39,707 nt of DNA, taken from the NCBI GenBank assembly GCA_001275005.1, contig JWZX01002399.1, positions 1 to 39,707 of the forward strand. Direction: 5' to 3'. Positions within the stretch are counted from its first letter, which is position 1, and each line of letters begins with the position of its first letter. This DNA comes from Chrysochromulina tobinii. Its lineage: Eukaryota. Positions 22,191-34,018 of the stretch are shown here, in pieces. Below the pieces are notes generated by a model. That model had not been told where the DNA came from. It saw only the letters and a list, made by a program, of their open reading frames with translations, and ran no database searches. A program made the translations under genes and the position numbers.

Positions 22191-23155
22191 CGCCTGCCCT
22201 CGATGCCACGACGCATGCCACGACGCAGCTCCACTCGTCCGCGCGGCCATCGAGTGACGCGGCTGACAATCCCATGCAATCACGTGCTCAGTCCGTGGGG
22301 AGGGACGATGAGCTACCCAGCTCTTTGTTTGGAGGGCTGTCCGAAAACTTCGACCTCAGCATATCGCCCCCGCCTAGTCCTACAGTACAAGCGAATGTAC
22401 TACCCTCTGGACCACGTGTAGTCCCCGACCGTGTGGCTGTCGCTGTGCGGGCTGCAGTGTACCGCTTTGAGCAAGAGCGTTTCCTGGTGTTTGTTGAAGC
22501 GGCTGGGCGACCAGGATGAGCTCGAGGTCAGTCCGTACGTTACGTTTAAATAATATAATTACGTAAACCGAACGAAACGCGCTACACGGGGACGTCTGTT
22601 CGCGCGTACGCCCCGTATCGCGCATATAACCCAAATTCCCCCACCGGCACCGCATCCGCAATTCAGGGGCGGCGTCCTTGTCCTGCCTGACAACTATCTC
22701 TCCGTCTCTACTAAGTATCGCGTCGCGCATAACCCAACCGGACTCGTCGCGGCGGCGCGCGTCGGTCGGGCGTGTCGATTAAAACGGCGGACGGTCGGAT
22801 TTGACTTGGGTTGTCGCGATCGTGGGCATAAACAACAAATAGCTCCAAGTGCGGGCTCGACCGACGGGACCTATGACCCCTATACACGCTCGCATGCTAA
22901 TTGCTCAGCCGTCATAGCTAATACCCGGCTCGGTCCCCGTTCTTCTGTGTTCCCGAGCCGGGAGCGCAGATCCCAGATCAAATCCCCGAACCACTACCGC
23001 GACGGGACCGAGACCTCAGAGGGCAGCCCCTCGCGATAATCTCGCGATTCTGGCCATTCTAGATTCCCGTATCGCCTCCATGGTCCATGCGAAACGTAGA
23101 GTGCACAAACTGCACGGAGCGCCTAAGATGATTCTAATCATCAGCTATCAGGTCA

Positions 23156-26100
23156 TCACGTGAAGACGTCTGTGACTACCAGCCGGAGGCGGTTGCGGAA
23201 GGCGAGCGTTCCCCACACGAGCACCTCCCGCGCTGCCTCGAAGCCCGCTATGTACTCGTCGTACCTGATGAGGGAGGCAATCGGAGGTCATCAGAGGTCA
23301 TCAGAGGTCATTGGAGGTCATCCTCGGCCAAAAAGGCGTCGTACCGGGCGAGCGCGCGCTCGACCTCCCGCGAGCGAAGCGTGTGCAAAGAATACTTGGG
23401 GTGTTCGTGCCCGTTCCGGTGCTCATCCCAATTCGTAACCGACGTCTCGATGGCGAGCCCTTCCCAGCCGGGCAGGCGCAGAGGCGGCGCCACGCTCGAG
23501 GTGAACACGAGGGGTGTGCCTGCATGCAACGCTTCGTACCTGATGAGGGAGGCAATCGGAGGTCATCAGAGGTCGTTGGAGGTCATCAGTGTGCCTGCAT
23601 GCAACGCCTCATACATGTTACGGCGCTCGGGCGTGTCGCCACGTGGCTCGACGGCGAACCGCGACGACGCGAGCAATCTCGTCGCGTTCTCGGCGTCGTA
23701 CTGGGCGCCCATGTGGTTGCTCAACTCGAGCGTCTCCCCTGTGCGCCACACGATCAGGGGTCATCAGAGGTCATCAGCGGTCATCAGTGGTCATCAGTGC
23801 GCCACACGATAAGCGGTCATCAGTGGTCATCCCAGGCGATCCGATCGCAATCCGATGGCAATCCGCGGCAGTCACCTGGGCGATCATACTCCCTGATTAC
23901 ACGGCAATCCGATCGCAATCCGATGGCAATCCGCGGCAGTCACCTGGGCGTAGCAGTTCCTTGAGCCACCCTCGGCCGCAGCACAGGCTGCCAACGAAGC
24001 CAAAGTCGCGCGCGCGCTCCGCCTGTCGCCTCGGGCGCGCGAGCGTCGTGCCGGGCACATAGTACGGGATGTGAACCTCTCGGTGCCAGTCACGCACCGC
24101 GCCTGAGGAGGGACGCACTCAAGAGGTCAACAAAGGCCATCAAGAGGCAATCAGAGGTCATCAGAACGTACCCGGCGGCGGCTCGGCGTCCGTCTCGAGG
24201 CACACGTAACGAATCTTAGGATGACGAAGGCAATCAGAGGTCATCAGAACGTACCCGGCGGCGGCTCGGCGTCCGTCTCGAGGCACACGTAACGAATCTT
24301 AGGATGACGCCAGAGCGTCGTGTACACGTCCTCGCCCGCGCCGATCGACCACGCCTGCTCGCCTATGTAAGGGCACTTGTGACGAGTCATCAGGTGCTTC
24401 TCGGGGTGTGTGTCAAAGTAAGGCCCCACCGATCGCATTGCCGCAAGCAACTTGCGCTCGAATCGGGCGGTGCACCTGATGAGGGAGGCCATCATGATGA
24501 TGAGTAAGGAAGTCATGATCTCAATCAGCGACCAAAAAGGCGATCGGTACAAATCCGACGCAATCAAGCGCCATCAAGCGCCATCAAGCGCCATCAAGCG
24601 CCATCAAGCGCCATCAAGCGCCATCCGACGCGTGCTCACCGACGCAATCAAGCGCCATCAAGCGCCATCAGCGCGTGCTCACAGATGCAATCAAGCGCCA
24701 TCAAGCGCCATCAGCGCGTGCTCACCGGAGGCATGAGCGTAGCTTGTGCCGCTTCGCATTCCACGACCAGCCGTGTGCCCAATGCCGGTTGAGGCACGCG
24801 GGCAGCACGAAAAAGTCCGCAAGCGCCGGGTCGGTGGTGGCCTCGAATGCGGCACGCAGATTCGACTCGACGTGCAGCTCCCACCTAATGAAGGGAGGCA
24901 ATCATGATGAGGGAGGCAATCCTGATGAGGGAGGCAATCATGAGCTCCCACCTGATGAAGTTGTGGCAATCATGATGAGGGAGGCGATCATGAGCCTCAA
25001 TCAGTGGCAGCTCTCACTCGAAGTTGTTGACGCCGCCGCCATCATTCGGGTGGCAGTTGGTCATGCCGAGCTCCCCAAGCTCGTACACGTACATGCGCAG
25101 CGTCCGCGTTGACGAAGCCGAGCCGCCGACACGCGCCGTGTTGGGCGTGCGCTCGTCCTCGGGTGCGACCGGCGCCGTCGTGAGCGCGAGGCGCGCCGGC
25201 CTGGGCGCCGGCAGCGCGGCCGACGGCTGGAACTCGCCGCCGACATCGCTCACGTACCCGCCCACGACGAGGCCGCTGCCGCCGCCCACGTAGCCGCCGA
25301 CGATGGATCCGCCGCCGGGGGCTCCGATGATCACATCGAGTGCTCCGAATCGGTCCTCAGCGAGACACGCGACATCCCTCACCTCGGACACGAGGGCCGC
25401 GTGCACTGCGAGCCATCCGAGAGCGATTAGAGAGCAATTAGAGTGCAATTAGAGAGCAATTATAGAGCGATTAGAGAGCGATTAGAGGTCCATTAGTGAG
25501 CCATTAGTGAGTGACCCGAGAGCAATCCGAGAGCAATCCAAGGCCATCAGAGGTCATCAGCATGCAATCACCTGCACGCATGCACGACTCATCTTCGAGG
25601 CCTTGCGTCCTCGAGTAATTGGCCGTTGAGGCGCCCTTGGGGTGTGTGAAGAGGCCAGCGTTCACGACGACGCACGCCGGGCTCGCGAGGAAGCGGCGCG
25701 CGGCGAATTTGCACCTGGGGATGAGGGGGAGGAAGAGGGGGGAGAGGAGGGGGGAGAGGAGGGAGGGGGGAGGAGGGAGGGAGGGGGGAGGGGGGAGGAG
25801 GGAGGAGGGGGGGGGCGAGGGGGGTGAGAGGCATCCGAGGGCATCAGAAGGCATTCGCGCATGCATGCGCACCAACAGGCGTTCACATCAACAGGCATTC
25901 ACATCAACAGGCATGCATGCGCACCAGGTCACGTCGACGCCCCAGTCAGTCCGCGCTTCGGGCCGGTAGAGCGACGAGAACACCTGTGGGGAAGGCGGAG
26001 GGCGCCCTGGTGAGCACACGTGCATGCCCACGTGGCCGGTAGAGAGCACTTGCATGCATACCTCGATCGCCACCCGTAGCTGGAGCAACGGAAGCATGAG

Positions 26101-27217
26101 TTCCACAAAGTCGGTCGCGCGCGTGCGGCAGCGCGGATGCGGCTTGAGCAAGTCCCAAATCGAGCCGATGATCGCGGGCTGCGCAATCAGCGCTCCGTGT
26201 CGCTGCGCCTCGTGCAAAAAGTGGGCCACGTAGCGCATCGGCGGGATGATGATGTCCTCATCGATCGACCAAATATGGGAGAACTCGAGCGCCCACGCCT
26301 TGCCATATGCGGACAGCGCGTTCGCGATGAAGCGCGACTTGACCTTCTCAGGATAGCTCACGTGGAAGCGCGAGCATCGCTTGTACCATGGCTGCTGAGC
26401 GTACCTGTGGGGGGGTAGTGGGCCGGGGGGGGGGCGCCGTGGTGAGCACTTACATGCACGCGTGTGGCTGGTACCACGGCTGCTCGCGTACCAGCTGTGG
26501 CTCGCGTCGTAGTGGGCGTAGAAGAAGGAGGCGTTACTCAGCCGCGAGATGGTTTCACACGTGGCCTGCACGTTGCTCGCCTGCCCGGTGGTCATCAGTG
26601 GTCATCAGTGGTCCTCAGCGGTCATCAGTGGTCATCAGTGGTCATCAGTGGTCATCAGCGGTCATCAGTGGTCATCAGTGGCCTGCACGTTGCTCGCCTG
26701 CCCGGTGGCCATCGCACACGATCAGTGGCCCTCAGCGGTCATGAGTGGTCTTCAGAGGTCATCAGTGGTCATCAGTGGTCATCAGTGGTCATCAGTGGTC
26801 ATCAGTGGTCATCAGTGGTCTTCAGAGGTCATCAGTGGTCATCAACGGTCCTCAGTGGTCCTCAGAGGTCCTCAGTGGTTCTCAGCGGTCATCAGCAGTC
26901 ATCAGTAGTCATCAGCCGCCTGCACGCAGCTCGCCTGCTTCTGGCCCACGACCATGAAGATGAGTACATTCATCAAAGGTCATCAGTGGTCATCAGTAGT
27001 CATCAGCTCGCCTGCTTCTGGCCCACGACCATGAAGATGAGTACATGGAAGAACGGCACCGCCTCCGGCATCGGATCCATCGGAGACGCACCTGTGGGGA
27101 AGCGCGAGCGCCGTGGTGAGCACGTGCATGCTGGGCGAGCACTCGGTTCGCTTCGTCGGATCCATCGGAGACGCACTAAATGCGAGCACTTGCTCCGAGC
27201 CCGACGACGCCGACGGG

Positions 27218-27254
<37 letters not shown>

Positions 27255-28080
27255 CGGTGCCGAGGCCTGTCCAGTTACAGCAGACCGTCGGAGGGCGCGA
27301 CAGCGCCTTGGCGGTGGTGACGATGCCGGGCACGTGGAGCGGCACGTAGACGCCCGAGCACTGCGCGCCGCCGTGGGCAGTCCTTGAGAGGCTCTGGGCA
27401 CTGCCTAATATGGAAGCGCGGTCTCCCAGCGGCTTGAGCCACGAGTACGTGCATGTCTCCGTCGACCCGTACGAGACAGGGCCGGTGCGCATGTAGCAGC
27501 GCGCGTCGCAGTTCCACGTCACCGAGGTGCACAGCTCGTCCTGAGCGCAGTGCTCGCTGCACGCGTCGTGGTCGACCCGGCTTGGCAGTGGGAACTTGCC
27601 GAGCAGTTCGCTGCCGCCGACGAGGTTACGCGGCTCCCAGCCTGATTGAGTGCGGTGCGTCGCGCGGGACGCCGTCCGCGCCTCCTCGACCTCCTCTACC
27701 GTCTTTCCCTCGGCGAGCTCGGCGCACGGGCTGCAGGCCGAGCATGTACCCCACTCGCACTTCTCCTTCCAGTCGTGGTACCGAATCGCACCCACCCTCG
27801 CGACGATCTTTTGACCGCACCAGCTCTGGCAGTGGGGCTTCGAACCAGCGCTGGGGTCATTCCACTCCGCGTAGAGCATCATCTTTGTGGTCGGCCCCAA
27901 CCGTTGCTTCGTCTTCAGGTCCGAGAAGAAGTTGACGTGCTGCTCCGTCATATGACGCCCTGCGCCGGCACCGGCGCCGACGACCTCGTGCGTGGTCGTT
28001 GGGCCGCCGGCAGGCGCACTCTGGGCGAGCAGCACGAGCAAGAGCGCGAGCAGTACGACACTATAGAAGATTCTCCGCAT
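23156..28080 (-). CDS. Secretory-pathway multidomain glycosyltransferase: signal/anchor, Cys-rich and PAN/Apple-like modules, DUF707-like GT-A domain, exostosin/GT47 domain; 13 exons: 28080-27177, 27091-27012, 26580-26492, 26404-26062, 25983-25925, 25714-25572, 25405-25018, 24884-24726, 24475-24255, 24102-23944, 23738-23615, 23539-23345, 23264-23156
   Basis: MRRIFYSVVLLALLLVLLAQS; DACSEHCAQDELCTSVTWNCDARCYMR (PAN-like); FSHIWSIDEDI..IAQPAI..DFVELMLPLL..WGVDVTW (DUF707-like, DxD); LRMYVYEL..TTDPALADFFVLPA..FGFVGS..SSRFAVEPRGDTPERRNMYEALHAGTPLV (GT47). All 12 hand-placed junctions keep frame; one has a GC donor. Confidence 0.78.
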
Positions 28081-28445
28081 TGTGTTGAGGGAAATTTGCG
28101 TTTCCGTTGTGCCGTCCACCTGGTTCCGTCGCGCAGCGCGCAGACTCTGCTGTTTGGCAGTTGTGAAGCCCCGTGTGAACGTTAACACGACACTCGCTTT
28201 TGCCCGCTCGGAATACACGCACCTTACATGACCCCATACGAGACACGGAGCATGCGCGCGCTCGCAGCGTGGAGGATGGAGTGGGCGTCGGCGCAAGCGT
28301 CGCCGTCGGCGGCTTGATGTTAGTAGATGGCCGTGGAGATGTTAGCGAGCAAGCGCCATAGCGGCCAAGCGCGCCTACATAAACTCAAGTGGACACACAC
28401 TACCAAATACCGCGCTCAAACGTGTCCACGCACGTCGACGGTTTC

Positions 28446-30528
28446 CTAACGGCCAGCCCACTCCAATAGTGGCCCCACACCAAGCCAGGGGCTCGGTAGA
28501 GACCCCACAGGCGCCCATGCCGGCATGCGCGGCCGGCCCGTCGCCGCGCACTTGTCGACCTCGCCTCTAGCCTCGCTTGTAGCGCCTCCGACCTTGCCCC
28601 CGACCACCTTACCGACCACCGTGGACTCGTTGCAATACCAGCGTTGCGTCGCATACATCAGATGGCCCCGCTTGATACGGCGCTCGGCGGCGGCGAGGAA
28701 GGTACCGAGGTCGTCGGGCCGCGAGACGGCGCACAGACCATGCCGCGGGTGGCTGAGCGGGTGATGGTGCACGAGCGCCGTATCGAGCGCCAAGGGCGGG
28801 CTCAGCCAGCGGTGCACTGTCGAGTTGGCGCTGAGGCAGAGCTCATGCCACAAGGCGGCGAGGGCGGCCGCGCTTTCCGTCTCCGGCCGGAAGTAGAGGA
28901 CGCCAACCGACTTCTCCTTCTGGACCTCCACGTAATGGTGGGGGCGCACGTTCACAGCACGATGCACGTGCCGCCACGCGCCGTCTCGAGCGCCGTCTCG
29001 CGCGTCGTCCTGATCACCGCGGCTCGCGACGAGGAGAGCGTCGAGCTCAGCTGGGGTGAAGCGCGTCCTCGTGAGCAGCGCCCGTGACAGCGCGGTGGGA
29101 ACGCCCGGGGCGGCGCCCGAGGCCGGGGTGCCCGGTACGGCGCCTTCGTCGAGGAGCAGCTTCCAAGGGCAGTGTGGTTTCGTCAGGCCCGCAGGGCGTG
29201 GCATGCGTGTCCACGAGGTGCCGATGCGCTGCTGCGGGCCCTGTGCAAAGGCGGGCCAGGGGCGAGCCTCGATCGACACATCAGCAAGCGCCGTGCCGTG
29301 CGCGTTCGGAAGCAGTAGCCCGATGCCAAACATGGGTAGGAAGGATGAGTGCTGCTCCGTGAAGGTGTGAACGCGGCTCGGGAGGACGCGAGAGAGCAGG
29401 TGCATCCAGAAGAGGGGGACGCCGCCAAGGTAGAAGGGGCGCATCGTCGGGTTGAGGGGCAGCTTAAGCGTCGTCGTGTCCTGGATGTCATGGAAAAGGA
29501 TGGAGCGGCACCTGCATGATGCATGCATGTACGAATTAGTACATTTAAGCACTCGGGATGATGGGACGTCAGGAGCGAGCAGTTGCAAATTGAGCAAGTA
29601 ACAGTTGCTTGCATGCATAGGTGCGACCCGGGGCAATCAGCGGTGCAAGCCGATGCAATCAGAAGTGCAATCAGAAGGGCAATCAGCGGTGCAAGCCGGT
29701 GCAATCAGAAGTGCAATCCAGCACAATCAGCGGTGCAATCAGGTACAATCAGAGGTGCAATCCGGTGCAATAAACGGTGCATCGCTGCATCATCCAATCA
29801 GAGCACCTCGGCGCCAGACTCTCATAGTCGGTGCGCACACCCATGTAGTCGTGGTCGGCATCGATGAAGCACAGGTCAAAGAGCCGGGCAACGTGGGCAC
29901 GCTGCTGCGGCTGCTGCGGCTGCAGATGCGGCTGCTGTTCCAGAAGCATGTCGAAGGCGTTGCGCGCCATGAAGCGCATGTTGAGTCGCTCGAGCAGATC
30001 CGCCGTGTACTTGGCCACGTGTTCCCTGGAGCTATCGACCGCGAGGCCATGGAAGGCTTTGTTCGTCATCCGTGAGAGATAGGCGCCGACTGTGCATGCG
30101 GTCCATGCGGTGTGCACGCCGAGCTCGACATAGCTCAGTACCTCGCCGTGCGCAGTGGCTTCGATGAGCGCAGAAGCGAGCTGTTTTGGATCTTGCCATA
30201 GCCCAGCACGGCGATTCGAGACCATGTGCACTGCCGCATCGCCATATAGACGCTCTCGACGGGTGTCAGGCACGAGGCCGATGGCGCCGATGGCGCTTGT
30301 GAGCCACGTATGGTTCGAGAGCTTGTTGCACGAGGCTGCCAGGATGCCGCCGACACCCGCACACAAGCGATTGTCGGTGGAATCAGCTATCGACTCGCAG
30401 CTGAGGTGAACTGGGGCACTGCAACGCATTGATAAATAGGGGTTCTGGAGCAGCTCCACGAACCCCTTGCACTCCCACGGGTAGATTATTGCAGCGCGCC
30501 AGCATCCGACCACAAAAACGACTACCAA
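28446..30528 (-). CDS. Class I SAM-dependent methyltransferase (Methyltransf_24-like); intron 29806-29512; true start uncertain
   Basis: GLWQDPKQLA..SYVELGVHTAWT (motif I), LAVDSS and FDLCFIDADHDYMGVRTDYESLAPR, spliced in frame to CRSILFHDI. Confidence 0.75.
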
Positions 30529-30712
30529 GATGAGAAAATTGAAGTGCTAACCGAGTTCCTGTGGAAGATGCATGCGGCTCTGTTGGAGTTAGCGTGACAC
30601 AAAGTGGATTCGCCTTGCTGCGTGTTGCCGAGTGGCAATTGAACGTGAATGTGAACAGGATGTTGATGAAGAAGGCAGCCGGGAGTTCTCGGGGCTCCCC
30701 AGGAGACCGATC

Positions 30713-33700
30713 ATGTCGACGCCGAGTAGTCTTCTAACGCCCGAGGAGATGGTGGAGGCGACTGGGCTGCTGCGTGCCATGCGCAACTTCCGCACGGCGG
30801 CCAGCAAGCCCATGCTCGCGTACCCGAAACCGCTGGACGCGCCTCACGGGCTGCCCTTCAGTGATGAGAATGGCACGGTGGACGGAGGAGGCATCGGCAC
30901 TCGCGCCGGCTTCAAATGCGGTTGGGAGTTCGGCATCGCCCAGTGCGCGGTGCTCTTTCTGCCGCGGGGACTGCCCTTGGATGGCGAGTGGGCCACTGCG
31001 GTAGACTGGGCCAACCGCGCCATCAACGCAAACCTCACGAAACTTATGCCCGGCCGCGGCCGTAACAGCTCCTTCAATCCTCTACGCTACGTCGCGTTCA
31101 ACCCAGCAGTCATCGATGAGCACAACGTGCTCATCCGTGCGGCGCCAGACAAGCTTTCCATTAACATGGATCGAGAGTGGTCGCCTGGCCTCGAGTACTT
31201 TGTGCACCTGCATGACGGTCAGCTCAAGGCCGCCTTCCTCGGCAGGTATGATTGCCGCCGATGGCCTCGGATGGCCGCGGATTGCGCCGCATTGCACAAA
31301 TGGTTGAGGTGCTACCACCGATTGCCGCAAGCACATATGATTGAGGTGCCACTGATCGCCACAAACAAAATGATGATCGCCTCAAACACATATGATTGTG
31401 GTACTGATCGCCATGACCGGCCGTCCACGGCAGTGACCCACGCGGCATCTGGCTCGACCGTTACACTCTGCTCGCCGTCTACAATCGTGCGCACACTCCG
31501 GACGTGCTCGGGTTCCGATTCGGCAAGGTGAGGGTGCTCATGTACGCACGCAACCTATCGCAAGGCGTTACCGGTACGGAGGTGCGCTTGCGACTTGCCG
31601 GCGCTCGCAATTGGGAGAAGAATTGGAGCCCATTTGAATGCCCGATGCATGCGGAGTGCGCGGGAATGCTCTACCTGAGCTACGCGCTCAGCCCCGAGCA
31701 CGTCGTGATCTCGTGCGAGCTCGCCTCGGGCAACTGCCAACGCGCATACAATACCTCGTCTGCGGCCGTGTGGGAAGGCGTCAACGACCGGTGAGAGCTT
31801 GGGCGGCCTCTGATGGCCTCTGATGGCCTCTGATGGCCTCTGATGACCATTGACGTCCTCTGATGACATCAGATGACCTCTGATGGCCTCACTGAAGGCC
31901 TCAACTGTTTGCATCTTTGGTTGGCTCCCTCATAAGGATATTTGATCACCCGCGCCTCTCGACACCACCGGTGCTCGTGCGAGATCGAGATCGAGATCGA
32001 GATCGAGATCGAGATCGAGATCGAGATCAGGCTCGAGGCCGTTACCTCGCGATTGGCCATTACCGAAGCGGGCATGCCTTGTATTCGCACTTCTGGTACG
32101 AGATGCAGGTAAGTGCCCTACGCATGACCCACTGATTACTTGCTTCATCAGGTGAGTGCCCTACGCATGGCCAATGATGGCTTGCTTCATCAGGTGAGTG
32201 CCCTACGCATGGCCCACTGATGGCATGCATTCATCGAGTTCCCTCCTCATCGTCCCCTATGGCCTATGAGTGCATACCCATCTGGGATTGCATGCAGGCG
32301 GAGCCGCCCTTTGCGATCCTCCGCACGTCCCGACCGTTTCGATTCTTCTCGGGCGGGCGCACAATGGAACGCCTGCCGCCCTGGCCCAACATGAACCTGA
32401 GCGCCCGAGACGGCGCCCATGACGACGCCCGAGACGGCGCCCGAGATGGCGCCCGAGATCACGGCCGAGGTCATAGTCTTCCCAAAGAGAGCGCCGGCTA
32501 CTCCACGACCATGGGCTATCACAAGGAGCAGTGCGTCTGATTGCGCTCGATTGCGCTCGATTGCGTCCCTATTTCAAGGAGCAGTGCGTCTGATTGCGTC
32601 TGATTGCGTCTGATTGCGTCTGATTGCGTCTGATTGCGCTCGATTGCGTCCCTATTTCAAGGAGCAGTGCGTCTTGGGCTCGTTGAGCCTGATTGCGGCT
32701 GATTGTGGTCGATTGCGTCCGATTGCGAATCTGTCTGCGTCGTTGTCTCGTCCTAATTTGGATGCGTCCGACGCCCTCCCCTTCAGGTACGTTTCGGGTC
32801 TTTACCTTTCCTCAGACCGTCAACGGCTCGTCTTGAGCTACGGAGTGGGCGACAGAGGGGCGATGCGCACCGCCGTGAGCCTCGCGCCAGACTGCCTACG
32901 TGTGATTGCCCGACGTAATCAGACGCAATCAGACGTAATCACGCCGTGAGCCTCGCGCCAGACTGCCTTCGTGTGATTACGTCTGAGTGCGCCGCAGTGA
33001 GCCTTGAGCCAGCGATCGACAGACTGATTGCGTCTGAGAGCGTCTGAGTGCACCTCTGAGTGCACCTCTGAGTGCACCTCTGATTGCCTCCCTCATCAGG
33101 TGAGGGTCGATCAAGCGCTCGCGATGCTCAACGACGCGGGCGACGCGACGCAGCTCTACCGGTCGTGCCTCGCGACACGCCCCAGGGGCAGCGCATACTG
33201 CGACGAGGTCGGCTGCGACCGGGGACAGTCCTCCTCCGACGGCCCGACGTTAGTTCTGTGCGGAAGCTGCCCTGTGTGATTGCCGCGAATCGCCTCCGAT
33301 CGCCCCCTAGTTGCCTCCCTCATCACTGTGATTGCCGCGAATCGCCTCCGATCGCCCCCTAATTGCCTCCCTCATCACTGTGATTGCCGCGAATCGCCTC
33401 CGATCGCCCCCTAATTGCCTCCCTCATCACCGAGGGCAGTCCTCCGCCGACGGACCGACGGGAGTCCTGTGCGGCGGGGAGGTGCCCTCATTCTATCCCT
33501 CATGCCAACTGTGACGGCGTCGGATTGCATGGCTGACGGCGTCGGATTGCATGGCTGATGGCGTCGGATTGCATGGCTGACGGCGTCGGATTGCATGGCT
33601 GACGGCGTCGGATTGCATGGCTGACGGCGTCGGAATGCATGGCTGATGGCGTCGGAATGCATGGCTGATGGCGTCGCGGATGGGCTCCCTCATCAGGTGC

Positions 33701-33930
33701 GGCACGACGGCCTCGAAGTTCTCTGCTGCGATGGCCACTAATTGCCACCGAGTGTGTCCTTCATCAGGTGCGGCACGATGGCCCCCAAGTACCCGTACAA
33801 TTACCACGGCGACCGGGCCGTCGAGATGGCCGCGATGCTCGAGGAGCGCCGGGAGCTCAAGCACCCGTCGGAGGTGGCGCGCAGCCGTCTGGACGGCACG
33901 ATCGCACGATTGGAAGGGCTTGCTATGTAA
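30713..33930 (+). CDS. Five-bladed beta-propeller carbohydrate-active enzyme (beta-1,2-mannosyltransferase GT91/GH130-like); 7 exons: 30713-31245, 31434-31790, 31937-32108, 32298-32530, 32787-32874, 33100-33257, 33768-33930
   Basis: Spliced motifs AFNPAVI, G|SDPRG (EDPR-like), WEKNWSPF, YLSYALSPEHVV, PRLSTP, YSHFWY..AEPPFAILRTSRPF, QYVSGL and LVLSYGVGD. Junctions keep frame. Confidence 0.68.
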
Positions 33931-34018
33931 TCTCGCTATGGAAGGCTCGATCGACCGATTGGAAGGGCTTGCCATGTGATCTCGCTATGGAAGGCTCGAT
34001 CGACCGATTGGAAGGGCT
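33907..34018. repeat. 49-bp tandem repeat spanning the stop codon of the beta-propeller gene (about 2.3 copies)
   Basis: cgattggaagggct starts at 33907, 33956 and 34005. Confidence 0.9.

Noticed and set aside
26464..27387. ORFs with SSVVISGHQW / HQRSSEVIRG peptide repeats
   Set aside because: They are translations of intronic ~10-nt microsatellites, not proteins.
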